Positions 15,219 through 24,277 of a stretch of 43,663 nt of DNA are shown here, one piece after another. A program made the position numbers and the translations under genes. The notes below the pieces were generated by a model, which was given only the letters and a program-made list of their open reading frames with translations, did not search any database and had not been told where the DNA came from. The first letter of the stretch is position 1, and each line of letters opens with the position of its first letter. Origin of the DNA: a phage; the sequence record PZ445529.1; one strand, 5' to 3'.

Positions 15219-15794
15219 ATGTACGGCGAATATGAAATAACCGGTAAACAATTCCACTTGGCGGCAATGATTGCAAGCATCGAGTTTGAACAGTGGCGAT
15301 ACAAGTCTGACGCGTGCAAGCAAAGCAGACTCGTCGGTGTGCTGGGCGAAATGTTTGCAGGCATGTACCTCGAAGGGCAGGCGGGCGGGCGTAGCTGTAT
15401 CCCGCAAGGTTTGCTAATGCGTACCGGCCTGTTTAGCGCTAACACTATCGACCGCGGCGATATTATCATGGTCGGCAAGCGCAAGGTAAAATCCGGTCCC
15501 GACTTCCGCGAACATATGATTGATGCCGTCTGGACCTACGAGGTTAAGGCCACCAGCGGCATCCGTCGGGGGTTGGTGGAGGCGCGTTGCGCTCGTGAGT
15601 ATCTCACTCGTCGAGTTGCCGGTGTTATTCTGGTGGGAGTGTCGTTCGGGCAGCATAGCGCCAGCGGCGTTATTGAGGATATTGCGGAGCCATACGTGAT
15701 TGTGAACGACTGGCCCCTGGTGGAAGTGGAAGGAAAGGAATATTACGAAAGCCCGTTGGTACGGCGTAAAATGGACTGGGAAAACTCAAACTAA
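15219..15794 (+). CDS. hypothetical protein (191 aa); possible PD-(D/E)xK-like core (IDAVWTYEVK)
   Basis: ATG with RBS GAGGG 7 nt upstream; last plus-strand gene before the convergent terminator. Confidence 0.5.
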   Translation: MYGEYEITGKQFHLAAMIASIEFEQWRYKSDACKQSRLVGVLGEMFAGMYLEGQAGGRSCIPQGLLMRTGLFSANTIDRGDIIMVGKRKVKSGPDFREHMIDAVWTYEVKATSGIRRGLVEARCAREYLTRRVAGVILVGVSFGQHSASGVIEDIAEPYVIVNDWPLVEVEGKEYYESPLVRRKMDWENSN

Positions 15795-15795
15795 A

Positions 15796-15816
15796 AAGGG
15801 GGCCACGCAGCCCCTT
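15796..15816. terminator. bidirectional terminator between convergent early (+) and late (-) blocks
   Basis: aaaaaggggg-ccacgcag-cccctt; A-run on one side, T-rich on the other. Confidence 0.6.
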
Positions 15817-15820
15817 CTCC

Positions 15821-17389
15821 TTATTTACCTTCCAGCTTTTCCACTTTCCGCAACAGGTGAACGAAGGCGGCACACAGATCCATCAACAGCACGTTACTAT
15901 CTAGTGACAGCACATCGTCCGTATACCCGATTTCCTTTCGGTCGACTACAACTTCGTTGCCTTCCTCGTCCACCCCCTTGATATCCTCATAAATGGCATA
16001 ACCCGGCAGCAAGTGCACATATTCTGGGTCAATCCTTGCCAGATCCTGTGCGATAAGGCCGTATCGCTGTACGTCAGACTCCTTATACTTGAACATTGCC
16101 GGAAGCCATTGACGAACGCGGTTGTAGCTTTCCTCGCCGTCAGTGTATTGGATTTCTTTTTTAAGGTCGCGGTCCGATAGCGCCGCTTTCTGGAACTCGT
16201 TAACCGAAGGGTTGCTGCTGTTACCACTAATCAGCCTGCCGTCCGGTAGGAAGCGGAATAAAGCCTCCGCATAACCATCCTTCCACACGTGGACACGGTA
16301 GTCCGATAAGTGGGCATCGCCGCCCCTGACCAAGCCAGATCGTGTCCAATCCGTGTACCACTTATGCATCGTCTGCCCGACCCAGCTATCCATCCCGAAA
16401 GACGCGTTTGATATAATCAAACCGTTTCTTTCGACATCATTGAAGGTTAGCGATTCGCCTCCGTTCAGACGTAATGTTGCGTGTTTAACGATACTATCAT
16501 CACCAACGCCAAGATTAGCGCGTGCCGCCGATTTATCTGCGACGTCTGCCAGGTTCTGCGACTTCTTCATGAATTGCGTAGGGTCGATCGCGTTTTTGAA
16601 GTCTTCGGCTTCGTCCCGATACCCCTGCGCGGCATCGCGGGCGGCTTGCGCGTCCCTCTTCGCTGTATTGGCCTGATCTCGAATAACGCCGGTGTCAGTC
16701 TTGATCTGGTTCGTCTGCGTCTTGATGGCCTGCGTATCCGTCTTGATCTGGTTCGTCTGCGTCTTGATGGCCTGCGTATCCGTCTTGATCTGGTTCGTCT
16801 GCGTCTTGATGGCCTGCGTATCAGTTTTGATCTGGTTCGTCTGCGTCTTGATGGTATTGGTGGCGTCGCGAATACCCGCCGTCTCGGTCTTGAAGCCTTC
16901 TGCCTCATTGCGAAATCCTTGCGCGGCTGCTTCCGATGCGGCGGCTTGTTGTTGCAGGTCGCGCATTTCCACTGGGTCGATCTGTTTCATCAACTGCGAC
17001 AGATAGCCCCATGACATACCCTGCATGACTTGCCCGTTCGGCAGCGTTACGGTGATTTCTTCAGCGTCGCCGAAGATTGCACGCCAGTTGTTTTCATCGG
17101 CGATCATCAAACGAAATGCTTTCTGTGCCTGGACGGTAACGCCCATCGTAGTCAATGACATGGTGTCACGTTTGATGCCGTCCCAGGCTAGGCCGGTTGC
17201 CGTCGGGCCGTCGAACGGCAGCACCAGCGTAAGCGCCGTGTTACTTTTGATTGATGCGATCGCCACGGTGTAAGGAACTTGCCCTACCACCAGCGTTAAG
17301 AAGTCGCCAGCTTTAAACGCGGTAAACGTTGTGCCGACCCCTACTACCGCCTTGCTATTGTTCGTTACGGATAGCGTACCCGCTGCCAT
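15821..17389 (-). CDS. tail fibre with coiled repeat region and C-terminal intramolecular chaperone (peptidase S74-like) domain
   Basis: C-terminal SDRDLKKEI...YGLIAQDL...LLMDLCAAFVHLLRKVEKLEGK resembles autoproteolytic chaperone domains; start set at ATG 17389 (RBS GAGGA) rather than 17416. Confidence 0.65.
   Translation of the reverse strand: MAAGTLSVTNNSKAVVGVGTTFTAFKAGDFLTLVVGQVPYTVAIASIKSNTALTLVLPFDGPTATGLAWDGIKRDTMSLTTMGVTVQAQKAFRLMIADENNWRAIFGDAEEITVTLPNGQVMQGMSWGYLSQLMKQIDPVEMRDLQQQAAASEAAAQGFRNEAEGFKTETAGIRDATNTIKTQTNQIKTDTQAIKTQTNQIKTDTQAIKTQTNQIKTDTQAIKTQTNQIKTDTGVIRDQANTAKRDAQAARDAAQGYRDEAEDFKNAIDPTQFMKKSQNLADVADKSAARANLGVGDDSIVKHATLRLNGGESLTFNDVERNGLIISNASFGMDSWVGQTMHKWYTDWTRSGLVRGGDAHLSDYRVHVWKDGYAEALFRFLPDGRLISGNSSNPSVNEFQKAALSDRDLKKEIQYTDGEESYNRVRQWLPAMFKYKESDVQRYGLIAQDLARIDPEYVHLLPGYAIYEDIKGVDEEGNEVVVDRKEIGYTDDVLSLDSNVLLMDLCAAFVHLLRKVEKLEGK
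16698..16865. repeat. in-frame 42-bp tandem repeat (about 4 copies, 21-bp sub-period) encoding TDTQAIKTQTNQIK heptad repeats
   Basis: Unit gtcttgatctggttcgtctgcgtcttgatggcctgcgtatcc repeated head-to-tail. Confidence 0.85.
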
Positions 17390-17410
17390 AGCTAAATCCT
17401 CGTAAATTGG

Positions 17411-17439
17411 TTGCAATCCAGGTTGAGCGGTGTAATACT
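17411..17439 (+). promoter_or_regulatory. promoter-like element with ATTGGTTGCAA motif (-35 TTGCAA, -10-like TAATAC) upstream of the lipoprotein gene
   Basis: cgtaaattggttgcaatccaggttgagcggtgtaatact. Confidence 0.4.
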
Positions 17440-17469
17440 AAAACTCAACCAAATATAGGGGATGATACC

Positions 17470-17688
17470 ATGAAAACTTTAATTATGATTTGTGCGGTTC
17501 TTTTGTCCGGTTGTGCCAACATGCCCGCTAAAGTCTGCGACGCCACATACCAGAATAGCGGCATTGATTATGCGGTCCCTGTGTATGGTGTCGCAGACTT
17601 CTCCGGGCATAAAATGCTAAGGGCGGGTTATCCGTTTAGCTTCCAGTACGTGTCGGTAGACCATTTCAAAAACACCACCTGCGAATAA
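17470..17688 (+). CDS. small lipoprotein (73 aa) encoded antisense inside the tail gene block; candidate receptor-blocking/superinfection-exclusion protein
   Basis: Signal peptide with lipobox MKTLIMICAVLLSGC; RBS GGGGA; own promoter and terminator. Confidence 0.6.
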   Translation: MKTLIMICAVLLSGCANMPAKVCDATYQNSGIDYAVPVYGVADFSGHKMLRAGYPFSFQYVSVDHFKNTTCE

Positions 17689-17708
17689 TCCCCGAAAGGG
17701 GATTTTCC
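17687..17708 (+). terminator. terminator (aatcccc-gaaa-ggggatt + TTTT)
   Basis: Perfect 7-bp stem with GAAA loop directly after the lipoprotein stop. Confidence 0.6.
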
Positions 17709-18383
17709 TCAGTCGTAGTTGGCAGTGTTAATCGCCATGATTGCGTTGCCGTTATTCGTATACCCCACCACATCCCCCGTGGCGTTCCCTGACGACGCTG
17801 CCGATATACGCGTTCGCGACCCATCAAATCTGGCCCCCGTGTACGCCGTTACCGATACTACCTGCGGCTGGCCCTGCACAAAAAACCGGATCAGCGTTGA
17901 CCCCAATATGCCCGGTGCGACGGCGTAGCTGCCGTTTAGCGTCTGGTCAATGTTAATCCCCCCGTTAGCGCCAGGAGATCCGACGGTAACTAAATCGCTT
18001 AATACGCGACTCTCATTAGTAAGCACTAGCTTCCCCGTCTTACCCCAAATAGCGAAGCCCCACCGCGGAAGGGTCTGTGGGAATATGGCAAAGATGTAAG
18101 CCGTCATAGTGAAGCCTTGCCCGAATGGATTGCTGGCGCTCACCTTCACCACATTACCAACGCGAGAAGACCCTACGACGGTCGGCTGGGCGGTGTGCGT
18201 AGTTTTCACAAACGCTATTGCAGGGTAGTCACCGCCCAAATTAATATCGGCAGCCGCCGACTGCGCAGTGCCGTTAGCCGAAGACCCAACAACCACACGG
18301 CGGAATAGACAAAACGGCGTCGATTCTGGCGTGATAAACGGGTTGCCGTTTGGTAAGTCAATCAACGCGCCGTAATTAGCCAT
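17709..18383 (-). CDS. hypothetical tail-associated protein (224 aa)
   Basis: ORF downstream of the J-like gene; start overlaps upstream stop. Confidence 0.5.
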   Translation of the reverse strand: MANYGALIDLPNGNPFITPESTPFCLFRRVVVGSSANGTAQSAAADINLGGDYPAIAFVKTTHTAQPTVVGSSRVGNVVKVSASNPFGQGFTMTAYIFAIFPQTLPRWGFAIWGKTGKLVLTNESRVLSDLVTVGSPGANGGINIDQTLNGSYAVAPGILGSTLIRFFVQGQPQVVSVTAYTGARFDGSRTRISAASSGNATGDVVGYTNNGNAIMAINTANYD

Positions 18384-18685
18384 TAAGCTCGCTCCACAAA
18401 AACAATAACGTCACATTCAGATGCGGAGTAAACCCCGCCACCTACCGCACTTGCCGCGGAAACCGTGATAGTGTTCCCGCTGGCGGTTATTCTGCGTCCT
18501 GGCCCGACCGCGCCTTTATCCAGTGCGACCACGTATCCGACCCTCATCCCCGCCGGTACTGGGAACGACCACGCGCCTGATTTTTGTCCTTCCGCAAGAT
18601 GAATCCTTCCGATCACGCTTACCGGTTTAATGCCGTAGTTGTTTGGGCGTCCTTGCGCGTCCCACGTTGCGATACCGAATGCCAT
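18383..18685 (-). CDS. hypothetical protein (100 aa)
   Basis: ORF with RBS GAGG after the J terminator. Confidence 0.5.
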   Translation of the reverse strand: MAFGIATWDAQGRPNNYGIKPVSVIGRIHLAEGQKSGAWSFPVPAGMRVGYVVALDKGAVGPGRRITASGNTITVSAASAVGGGVYSASECDVIVFVERA

Positions 18686-18696
18686 AAATAACCTCG

Positions 18697-18719
18697 TTAA
18701 AAAGGGGCCAAAGCCCCTA
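18697..18719 (-). terminator. terminator/attenuator hairpin after the J-like gene
   Basis: aggggc-tttg-gcccct followed by TTTTT on the minus strand. Confidence 0.45.
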
Positions 18720-18721
18720 TA

Positions 18722-21700
18722 CTACCAGCGACCAGTAAGCTCGCCAATTTGCACGCGTAAAACACCGTTCGCGTCTTTAACGCTGTAGTTGGTGTTGGTC
18801 TGCTTTGTACCACCACCGCTTCCAGTACCCAGGTTGATAAACGTCCCGTCTTTGCCTAAGCGCCATCCGCGCGTGCTGCCGTCGTAGTTATTCGATTGCA
18901 GCGTGTCTGTGATCTGCGCGAAGTTGATGGACGCGTTCTTGATGCGGGCGGTGTCGATGTACACCTGACCACCGTCAACGATAAACGCGGACGAAAGCGA
19001 CCCATTAGACGGGTGCATGATGTAGAACTGGTCCGCCTTGAACGCGATGCGGGATTTAACCGCGCCACCTTCCGCAACAACTGAAAGCTGCATACCGGCA
19101 TCGTAGTAAGTCCCGTTATACGTCACGCCCGCCTTAAGGCTGTATGTGGCGTTGCCACCGGCATGGTTAAACGTGGACGTCATCTTCTGCTCGATAGCGG
19201 CGGACTGCTGACCGAACTGTGCCGCGACCTGGGTCTTGTACTCCGCCAGCGCGCCCGCTACGTCTGCCGTTGCTGTTTGTACCTGCTGGATGGCAGCTTC
19301 CTGTTCCGAAAACTTAGCGGCAACAGTTTGCTGGTACTGGGCGAAGGCTTGCTCGTGCGTGCTTTGCGCTGTCTGCAACGTGTGGATCGCCGCTTCCGCA
19401 TCGTCAAGTCGCGTGCCGATCAACGTTTCCAGTTGAGCTACCGCCTTGTGGGCGTCCGCCGCCACGTTATACGCCACCTTGATTTCCGCATAAATGCCCT
19501 TGTACTCGGCGCGGGCGTTGAACAATTGCTGCGCGTCGGTGAGCATCGCCTCATAAATGCCTTGCGGCATGGTGTCGATCGCTTCCTGGAAGCGTTTACC
19601 ATCTTTGGAAGTCAGGAACTCGTCATCAAGCCCCTTCATATACTCGTCAACATTGTCACTCACCTGCCCTTCAAACGGGGCAGACCAGTCAGACAGGTTG
19701 CCGATTTTATCCGCTACACGGGCGCGCAACTGCTGATAGATGCCGAACTCCAGCGACGTTTGCGCATACTCCGACCCAGGATATGGGACGTTGGTTAAGA
19801 ACTTCCATTCCGTTTCACCGGTCTTGCGCACTTCAAGCTCGGTGTACGAAATATCCGTCGCGGCGTTGTTGTGGTTCCACTTCCACAAAATCTGGTGAAG
19901 GCCGGAAACTGCTGCCGTAATGATAGGCGCGTTAAGACCGCCGAGACGACCTTCGATCGGCGTGATGGCAGACGACACCCACGGTGATGAAATCTCGCCC
20001 ATACCGATCGCGCGAACGCGTGCCTGATAGTTACCGGAAAACACGTTTGGGATATGCGCGCCATTCGATGCCGTGCGGGGAATGTTCACCCAGTCGTTAC
20101 CCCACTGGATTTCCATATTCTGTAAGCTGGTACGTCGCCACTGGATTTCATACACCACGGCATCCTTCACCGGCGGGAATACAATATCCACGTTGGTGAT
20201 TAGCTGGCCTTGCGATGAAATCTGCGACTGGGTGATGGTCACGGACTCCGGCCCCTTCATTACGCCGTCAGGAACTTGCGTAAAGATGCCTGGGTCAAGG
20301 CGAGCGCCATTATCGACGGCATCATATTTGCTATCGTTGTACTCGATCCCGCGCACTGAAAAAGTGCTGGTAGAGTCGTCATATTCCAGGTCGGTAATGC
20401 GGAACTTCTGCAACTGGATATCGTTGCCATCAACGCAAAACGGCTGGTCTGGAATAGGGTCGGCGTCCAGTGCGGTTTTTAGCGTAACCTTGTTGCCGTT
20501 GACGCTGGCGATCTCGCGAGTCTCCACATTACCGCTATCGGTGCGTACAAGGAACTTATCGCCAGGGCGGAACGTGATTTCGCAGTCCGTGTTCAGCACG
20601 GTGCGAGTGCCCGGATCTGACAACAGGCGACCGCCGCGTGTCTCGAAGCCGCCAGAAATGTTTGTATCGGCGATCGCGACTACGCTACCCGGAATAAAGA
20701 AAAGTCCCTCCATGCCAACCTTAAAGCTAACTTGCTGGTCAAGCTGGTTGGAGATTAGCGCCCAGTGCCCACGTCGTTGCGCTTCTGATTCACGCGTACA
20801 TCCGATCGCCGTAATATCCAGACGATTAATCTTATGGCGGCGTACCAGTTCGACACGCTGTCCCGTTGCGATGGCGTCTTCATAGTGGTTCTTCGGGTTG
20901 CCGTATGCTACCGCGAATGTGGAATACCGAGTTTTCTGGCTGCCGGACGCGTAGTCGAATCGGCCATCAATTACCGAGGCGTTGGTGATGGTGTGCGATA
21001 CCGCTGCGACCGGCTGATCGCTTACGATATTCAACATCTGGTTGCCCCACCAGGTCATACCAGCAAAGATAGCGGCTAAATCCTTAAGCACGGTCCAGGC
21101 GTCGGTCTGCGACTGAATGTACATATCATTCTTAAATCGGATTTCCCGCCCGCCGTTGCCATCACTAACCAGCTGATCGCATCGCTGCGCAATCTGGTAG
21201 AGCGCGTACCGGTTCAGCATTTGCGGTTTGATCCGGCGACCTAGGCCGAAGCGTTCAGTAATACAAATATCGTACCAGTGCCACGCAGGATTATCCGTCC
21301 ATGCGCGTTTAAACGTGCCGTCCCAGTCGCCCGAATATGTATGATTAATCGGGTCGTAGTTGTTCGGGACCAGCACTTTGCGGCCTTTGCACTTGATGGA
21401 CACGCGCGGAATGTTCTGGAACGCTTTGGCGTCGAACTCCACGAACAACAGCGCAGTTAGCGGGTATCGCAGGCGGGCGTCGATAATCTCAGTGATGGAT
21501 TGCACCCGGATATCATTAACCACTTTCGCCGATGTGGAGTCTGCCGTTATGCGGTGCACCTCCACTCGCCAGCCAGTATTCACGTTCGGCGGTAATTCGA
21601 TGCGGTGGTCGCGCTCATATAGCGACATTGTTTTACCAACGGCGGCGAATCTGAACTCACGCGGGTCTGCGTTATCCGTATACACAACGATCTTATAGTC

Positions 21701-22141
21701 GATGCGCCCGCCCACCAGGTCGCCATTATCTTCGTTTGTGTACAGGGCCGGAATGCCGATTCGAATGCGCACGGCGTCAAGACTGGTGTCGTTAATCAGG
21801 CGCACCCACGGCGTGCCGTTTTCCAGTTTTACGCCTACGGATTGCTCACTTTCCACCGCTGAAAACCCGTGGATCACATCCTGGTGCTGTGTTCCTGGGC
21901 GGAACTCCACACGAGCGCCAGGGAAGTTTTCAGACAGATCGGCGTTCTGGATCGGTGTTCCGTCCAGATATACACGCTGCCGCAATTCGCTGGCGCTGGT
22001 AATACTTTCGAACTCACCTTCTCCCAGTGCGAGCAAGATGCGGATTTTAGCCAGGGAATGCAGGCTATCCGGCGTTTCCTGCGGGGTGTGCTGTTTGCCG
22101 CCGCCGCCTTTATGCCCTGTGACGTCGTAGATAATCGTCAT
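18722..22141 (-). CDS. central tail fibre / host specificity protein (lambda J-like)
   Basis: 1139 aa; position after I/K/L/M-like genes. Confidence 0.75.
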   Translation of the reverse strand: MTIIYDVTGHKGGGGKQHTPQETPDSLHSLAKIRILLALGEGEFESITSASELRQRVYLDGTPIQNADLSENFPGARVEFRPGTQHQDVIHGFSAVESEQSVGVKLENGTPWVRLINDTSLDAVRIRIGIPALYTNEDNGDLVGGRIDYKIVVYTDNADPREFRFAAVGKTMSLYERDHRIELPPNVNTGWRVEVHRITADSTSAKVVNDIRVQSITEIIDARLRYPLTALLFVEFDAKAFQNIPRVSIKCKGRKVLVPNNYDPINHTYSGDWDGTFKRAWTDNPAWHWYDICITERFGLGRRIKPQMLNRYALYQIAQRCDQLVSDGNGGREIRFKNDMYIQSQTDAWTVLKDLAAIFAGMTWWGNQMLNIVSDQPVAAVSHTITNASVIDGRFDYASGSQKTRYSTFAVAYGNPKNHYEDAIATGQRVELVRRHKINRLDITAIGCTRESEAQRRGHWALISNQLDQQVSFKVGMEGLFFIPGSVVAIADTNISGGFETRGGRLLSDPGTRTVLNTDCEITFRPGDKFLVRTDSGNVETREIASVNGNKVTLKTALDADPIPDQPFCVDGNDIQLQKFRITDLEYDDSTSTFSVRGIEYNDSKYDAVDNGARLDPGIFTQVPDGVMKGPESVTITQSQISSQGQLITNVDIVFPPVKDAVVYEIQWRRTSLQNMEIQWGNDWVNIPRTASNGAHIPNVFSGNYQARVRAIGMGEISSPWVSSAITPIEGRLGGLNAPIITAAVSGLHQILWKWNHNNAATDISYTELEVRKTGETEWKFLTNVPYPGSEYAQTSLEFGIYQQLRARVADKIGNLSDWSAPFEGQVSDNVDEYMKGLDDEFLTSKDGKRFQEAIDTMPQGIYEAMLTDAQQLFNARAEYKGIYAEIKVAYNVAADAHKAVAQLETLIGTRLDDAEAAIHTLQTAQSTHEQAFAQYQQTVAAKFSEQEAAIQQVQTATADVAGALAEYKTQVAAQFGQQSAAIEQKMTSTFNHAGGNATYSLKAGVTYNGTYYDAGMQLSVVAEGGAVKSRIAFKADQFYIMHPSNGSLSSAFIVDGGQVYIDTARIKNASINFAQITDTLQSNNYDGSTRGWRLGKDGTFINLGTGSGGGTKQTNTNYSVKDANGVLRVQIGELTGRW

Positions 22142-22755
22142 TCGTTCAAGTCCTCGGTTACGATTCCGGCTGAAATAATAGCGCCGCCGATCTCACGCTC
22201 GCCCCATAATACACCAAGTGCCGTGCCTTGCGCGGTTGTGTTCACTGGCCCGCCGAACGCGTACGACGCTTTGTTATCCACGTCCTGCCTTGTCTGCAAT
22301 CCTTTCGGTTGTGGCGACAGCAATTGCATAACGCCACCCAGCGCCATCGACATCCCGAACGAAAACGTCGCCGTTCCGATAGCGGCAGCGGTTGAAGCCG
22401 AAGCCCCGAAAGCGGCAGTAGCAAATCCGCCCGTATAGAACGACGCCACAACGATCGCGACACCCGCCAGCAATTGTCCCAACCCTCTTTTTGCGCCCGT
22501 CATAACCGGCGCGATGGTAACTACGCGGTTGCCGTGGAACTCGCCCAGCTCATCATAGCCGGTCATCGTGTGGTCGCCTTTGCGCACCTTGAACATCATA
22601 TTGTCCAGGTGGGCCGACATTAGAAAGTCCTGTAAGCCGGGTAACTTCACGCACAGGCCGGTGATACCCTCTCCCGGAGTGAAGCAGTCCAGCTTATGCA
22701 CTTTACCGAATCGACGTCCTAAAACGCCGTATAATTTAAATGTGGTCATTGCCAT
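22138..22755 (-). CDS. tail assembly protein (lambda I-like)
   Basis: 205 aa; position between K-like and J-like genes. Confidence 0.6.
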   Translation of the reverse strand: MAMTTFKLYGVLGRRFGKVHKLDCFTPGEGITGLCVKLPGLQDFLMSAHLDNMMFKVRKGDHTMTGYDELGEFHGNRVVTIAPVMTGAKRGLGQLLAGVAIVVASFYTGGFATAAFGASASTAAAIGTATFSFGMSMALGGVMQLLSPQPKGLQTRQDVDNKASYAFGGPVNTTAQGTALGVLWGEREIGGAIISAGIVTEDLNE

Positions 22756-23486
22756 TCTGTTATATTCCCCGGTAGGTCTTTATGACGTACCCATTTAACC
22801 ACATTGTCCCGGAAAAATCCTGACCGGAAGGGTATCACGCTCGACAGGCTGCCGTAGATATGGTGGAGTAGTTGGTTGCCCGGAAGGAATATCCCGGCGT
22901 GGTTAGGCACTGGCGCGCTAATCTGCATGATGACCATCGCCCCCGGCGTATTCTCCTCACACTCCCGGAAGCCCGCGCCATACCAATTGTCCATATACAG
23001 GTTTTCGCCTGTCTCCCACCAGTTATACGGCACGCGGAAGTCTGGAAGGTTTACTCCCTGCTTTTTGTGCCAGTCCATAACGAGGCCATAACAATCCGTA
23101 ATTCCGAGAACAAATCGGCGACCCACCAGCGGCGGGTCTTCTGGGTCGATCTCGATAAAGTCGCCATATTCGTTAGTGATGGTCCAGACGACGCCGCTGC
23201 CGTTGCATCCGTTAACGTCGCCCAACGACGGGGTTAGCTCTCGCTGACCTGGGTGCGAGTGGACTACACGCACGACGTCGCCCATATCCTCGGCATCCAT
23301 CCAGGCCATATCACTAATCGTGAAAGCGTCTTTGCGTGAGCGCACGCCGGTCGGGTCTTCAAACACGTTAAGGCACGGGACGAATACTTGCTTACGGCCC
23401 ACCATGACAACCAGGCCGCAGGCTTCTTCCGGCAGACATGCCGCGACGTGTGCGGCGATATCGCTTTTAACCTTCTTCGTTAACAT
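22746..23486 (-). CDS. tail tip assembly protein (lambda K-like; MPN/JAMM + NlpC/P60 motifs)
   Basis: JAMM-like VVHSHPG...S..GD; Cys in GITDCYGLV. Confidence 0.7.
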   Translation of the reverse strand: MLTKKVKSDIAAHVAACLPEEACGLVVMVGRKQVFVPCLNVFEDPTGVRSRKDAFTISDMAWMDAEDMGDVVRVVHSHPGQRELTPSLGDVNGCNGSGVVWTITNEYGDFIEIDPEDPPLVGRRFVLGITDCYGLVMDWHKKQGVNLPDFRVPYNWWETGENLYMDNWYGAGFRECEENTPGAMVIMQISAPVPNHAGIFLPGNQLLHHIYGSLSSVIPFRSGFFRDNVVKWVRHKDLPGNITEWQ

Positions 23487-23488
23487 GA

Positions 23489-24277
23489 CTACCCCTTAAT
23501 TAATCTGGACCCTGGAAAGCCGCCGAAGTCCAGCACCGCCGCTTTAGGGTCCGCAAGCCCTTGCCCAAATCGAAGATAACAGTCGGACAAACAGCCGCCG
23601 CATCGGTCCATGTTCATCGCGATGACTTCATTACCTCGCTCGTCGTAATACTTGATACCAGGCTTCGCAAGGTTCCAGGTGCACCCGTCCCCGCTGGCGT
23701 ACTTCCCGTTGAGCGCCCACTCGCACATATTCATGATTTGGCGACGTGGAACGACCTGCCCTTCCATATCCGCAGGCGAGGATAGTGCGAAGGTAATTTG
23801 CTTGCCCGGATTGCGCCCGACCTGCGAGTCGATGTAATACTCCTGAACTCGTTTCTGCGTCGGGTCTGGATCTGTCCCGTTATCCAGGAACTTCGCGAAC
23901 GTATCAATGATCTCAACCTTCGCGCCAAGTAGTTGGTCGTGGTTCAGCGACAGCCGGGTTATTATGCCGCCAATATCGACGATTGTTAGTTGCGGTTCTG
24001 CCGCCGTCGATGTGGAGAAGTTAAGGCCGGACAAATCAAAGGGCCAAAATTCGAACTCCTGCCCACCGAAGAATATGGATTTAGGTTTTAGCTTGTCCTC
24101 GTCACCACCAGCGGCAGCAATATCCTCGGCAGTGTGCGGAATAAAGCAATAGTGAAAATAGTGATGACCCGCGCCGATCGCGCCGTCGCCCGGCTCCACG
24201 TCCTGCGCGTCAATGTGAATCAGGCGAACGCGTCCCGATGGGTCAAAGCGCGTCGCCTCGCGATATAGTTTATTCAT
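23489..24277 (-). CDS. minor tail protein (lambda L-like) with C-terminal Cys cluster
   Basis: 262 aa; C-terminal DGCTWN...DRCGGCLSDC. Confidence 0.65.
   Translation of the reverse strand: MNKLYREATRFDPSGRVRLIHIDAQDVEPGDGAIGAGHHYFHYCFIPHTAEDIAAAGGDEDKLKPKSIFFGGQEFEFWPFDLSGLNFSTSTAAEPQLTIVDIGGIITRLSLNHDQLLGAKVEIIDTFAKFLDNGTDPDPTQKRVQEYYIDSQVGRNPGKQITFALSSPADMEGQVVPRRQIMNMCEWALNGKYASGDGCTWNLAKPGIKYYDERGNEVIAMNMDRCGGCLSDCYLRFGQGLADPKAAVLDFGGFPGSRLIKG

Noticed and set aside
14394-15407. 337-aa minus-strand ORF spanning the early region
   Set aside because: Fully antisense to several well-supported plus-strand genes with RBSs and motifs; no start context; typical GC-rich antisense frame.
16698-16865. 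Regularly spaced 42-bp direct repeats that could be mistaken for a CRISPR array
   Set aside because: Repeats are directly adjacent with no spacers, lie in frame inside the tail fibre gene and encode heptad repeats; no cas genes present.
16567-16908. Arg/Ser-rich minus-frame ORF, and similar low-complexity antisense ORFs at 3287-3682 and 6381-6674
   Set aside because: Products of reading tandem repeats or acidic-codon runs in the wrong frame or strand; they overlap supported genes.
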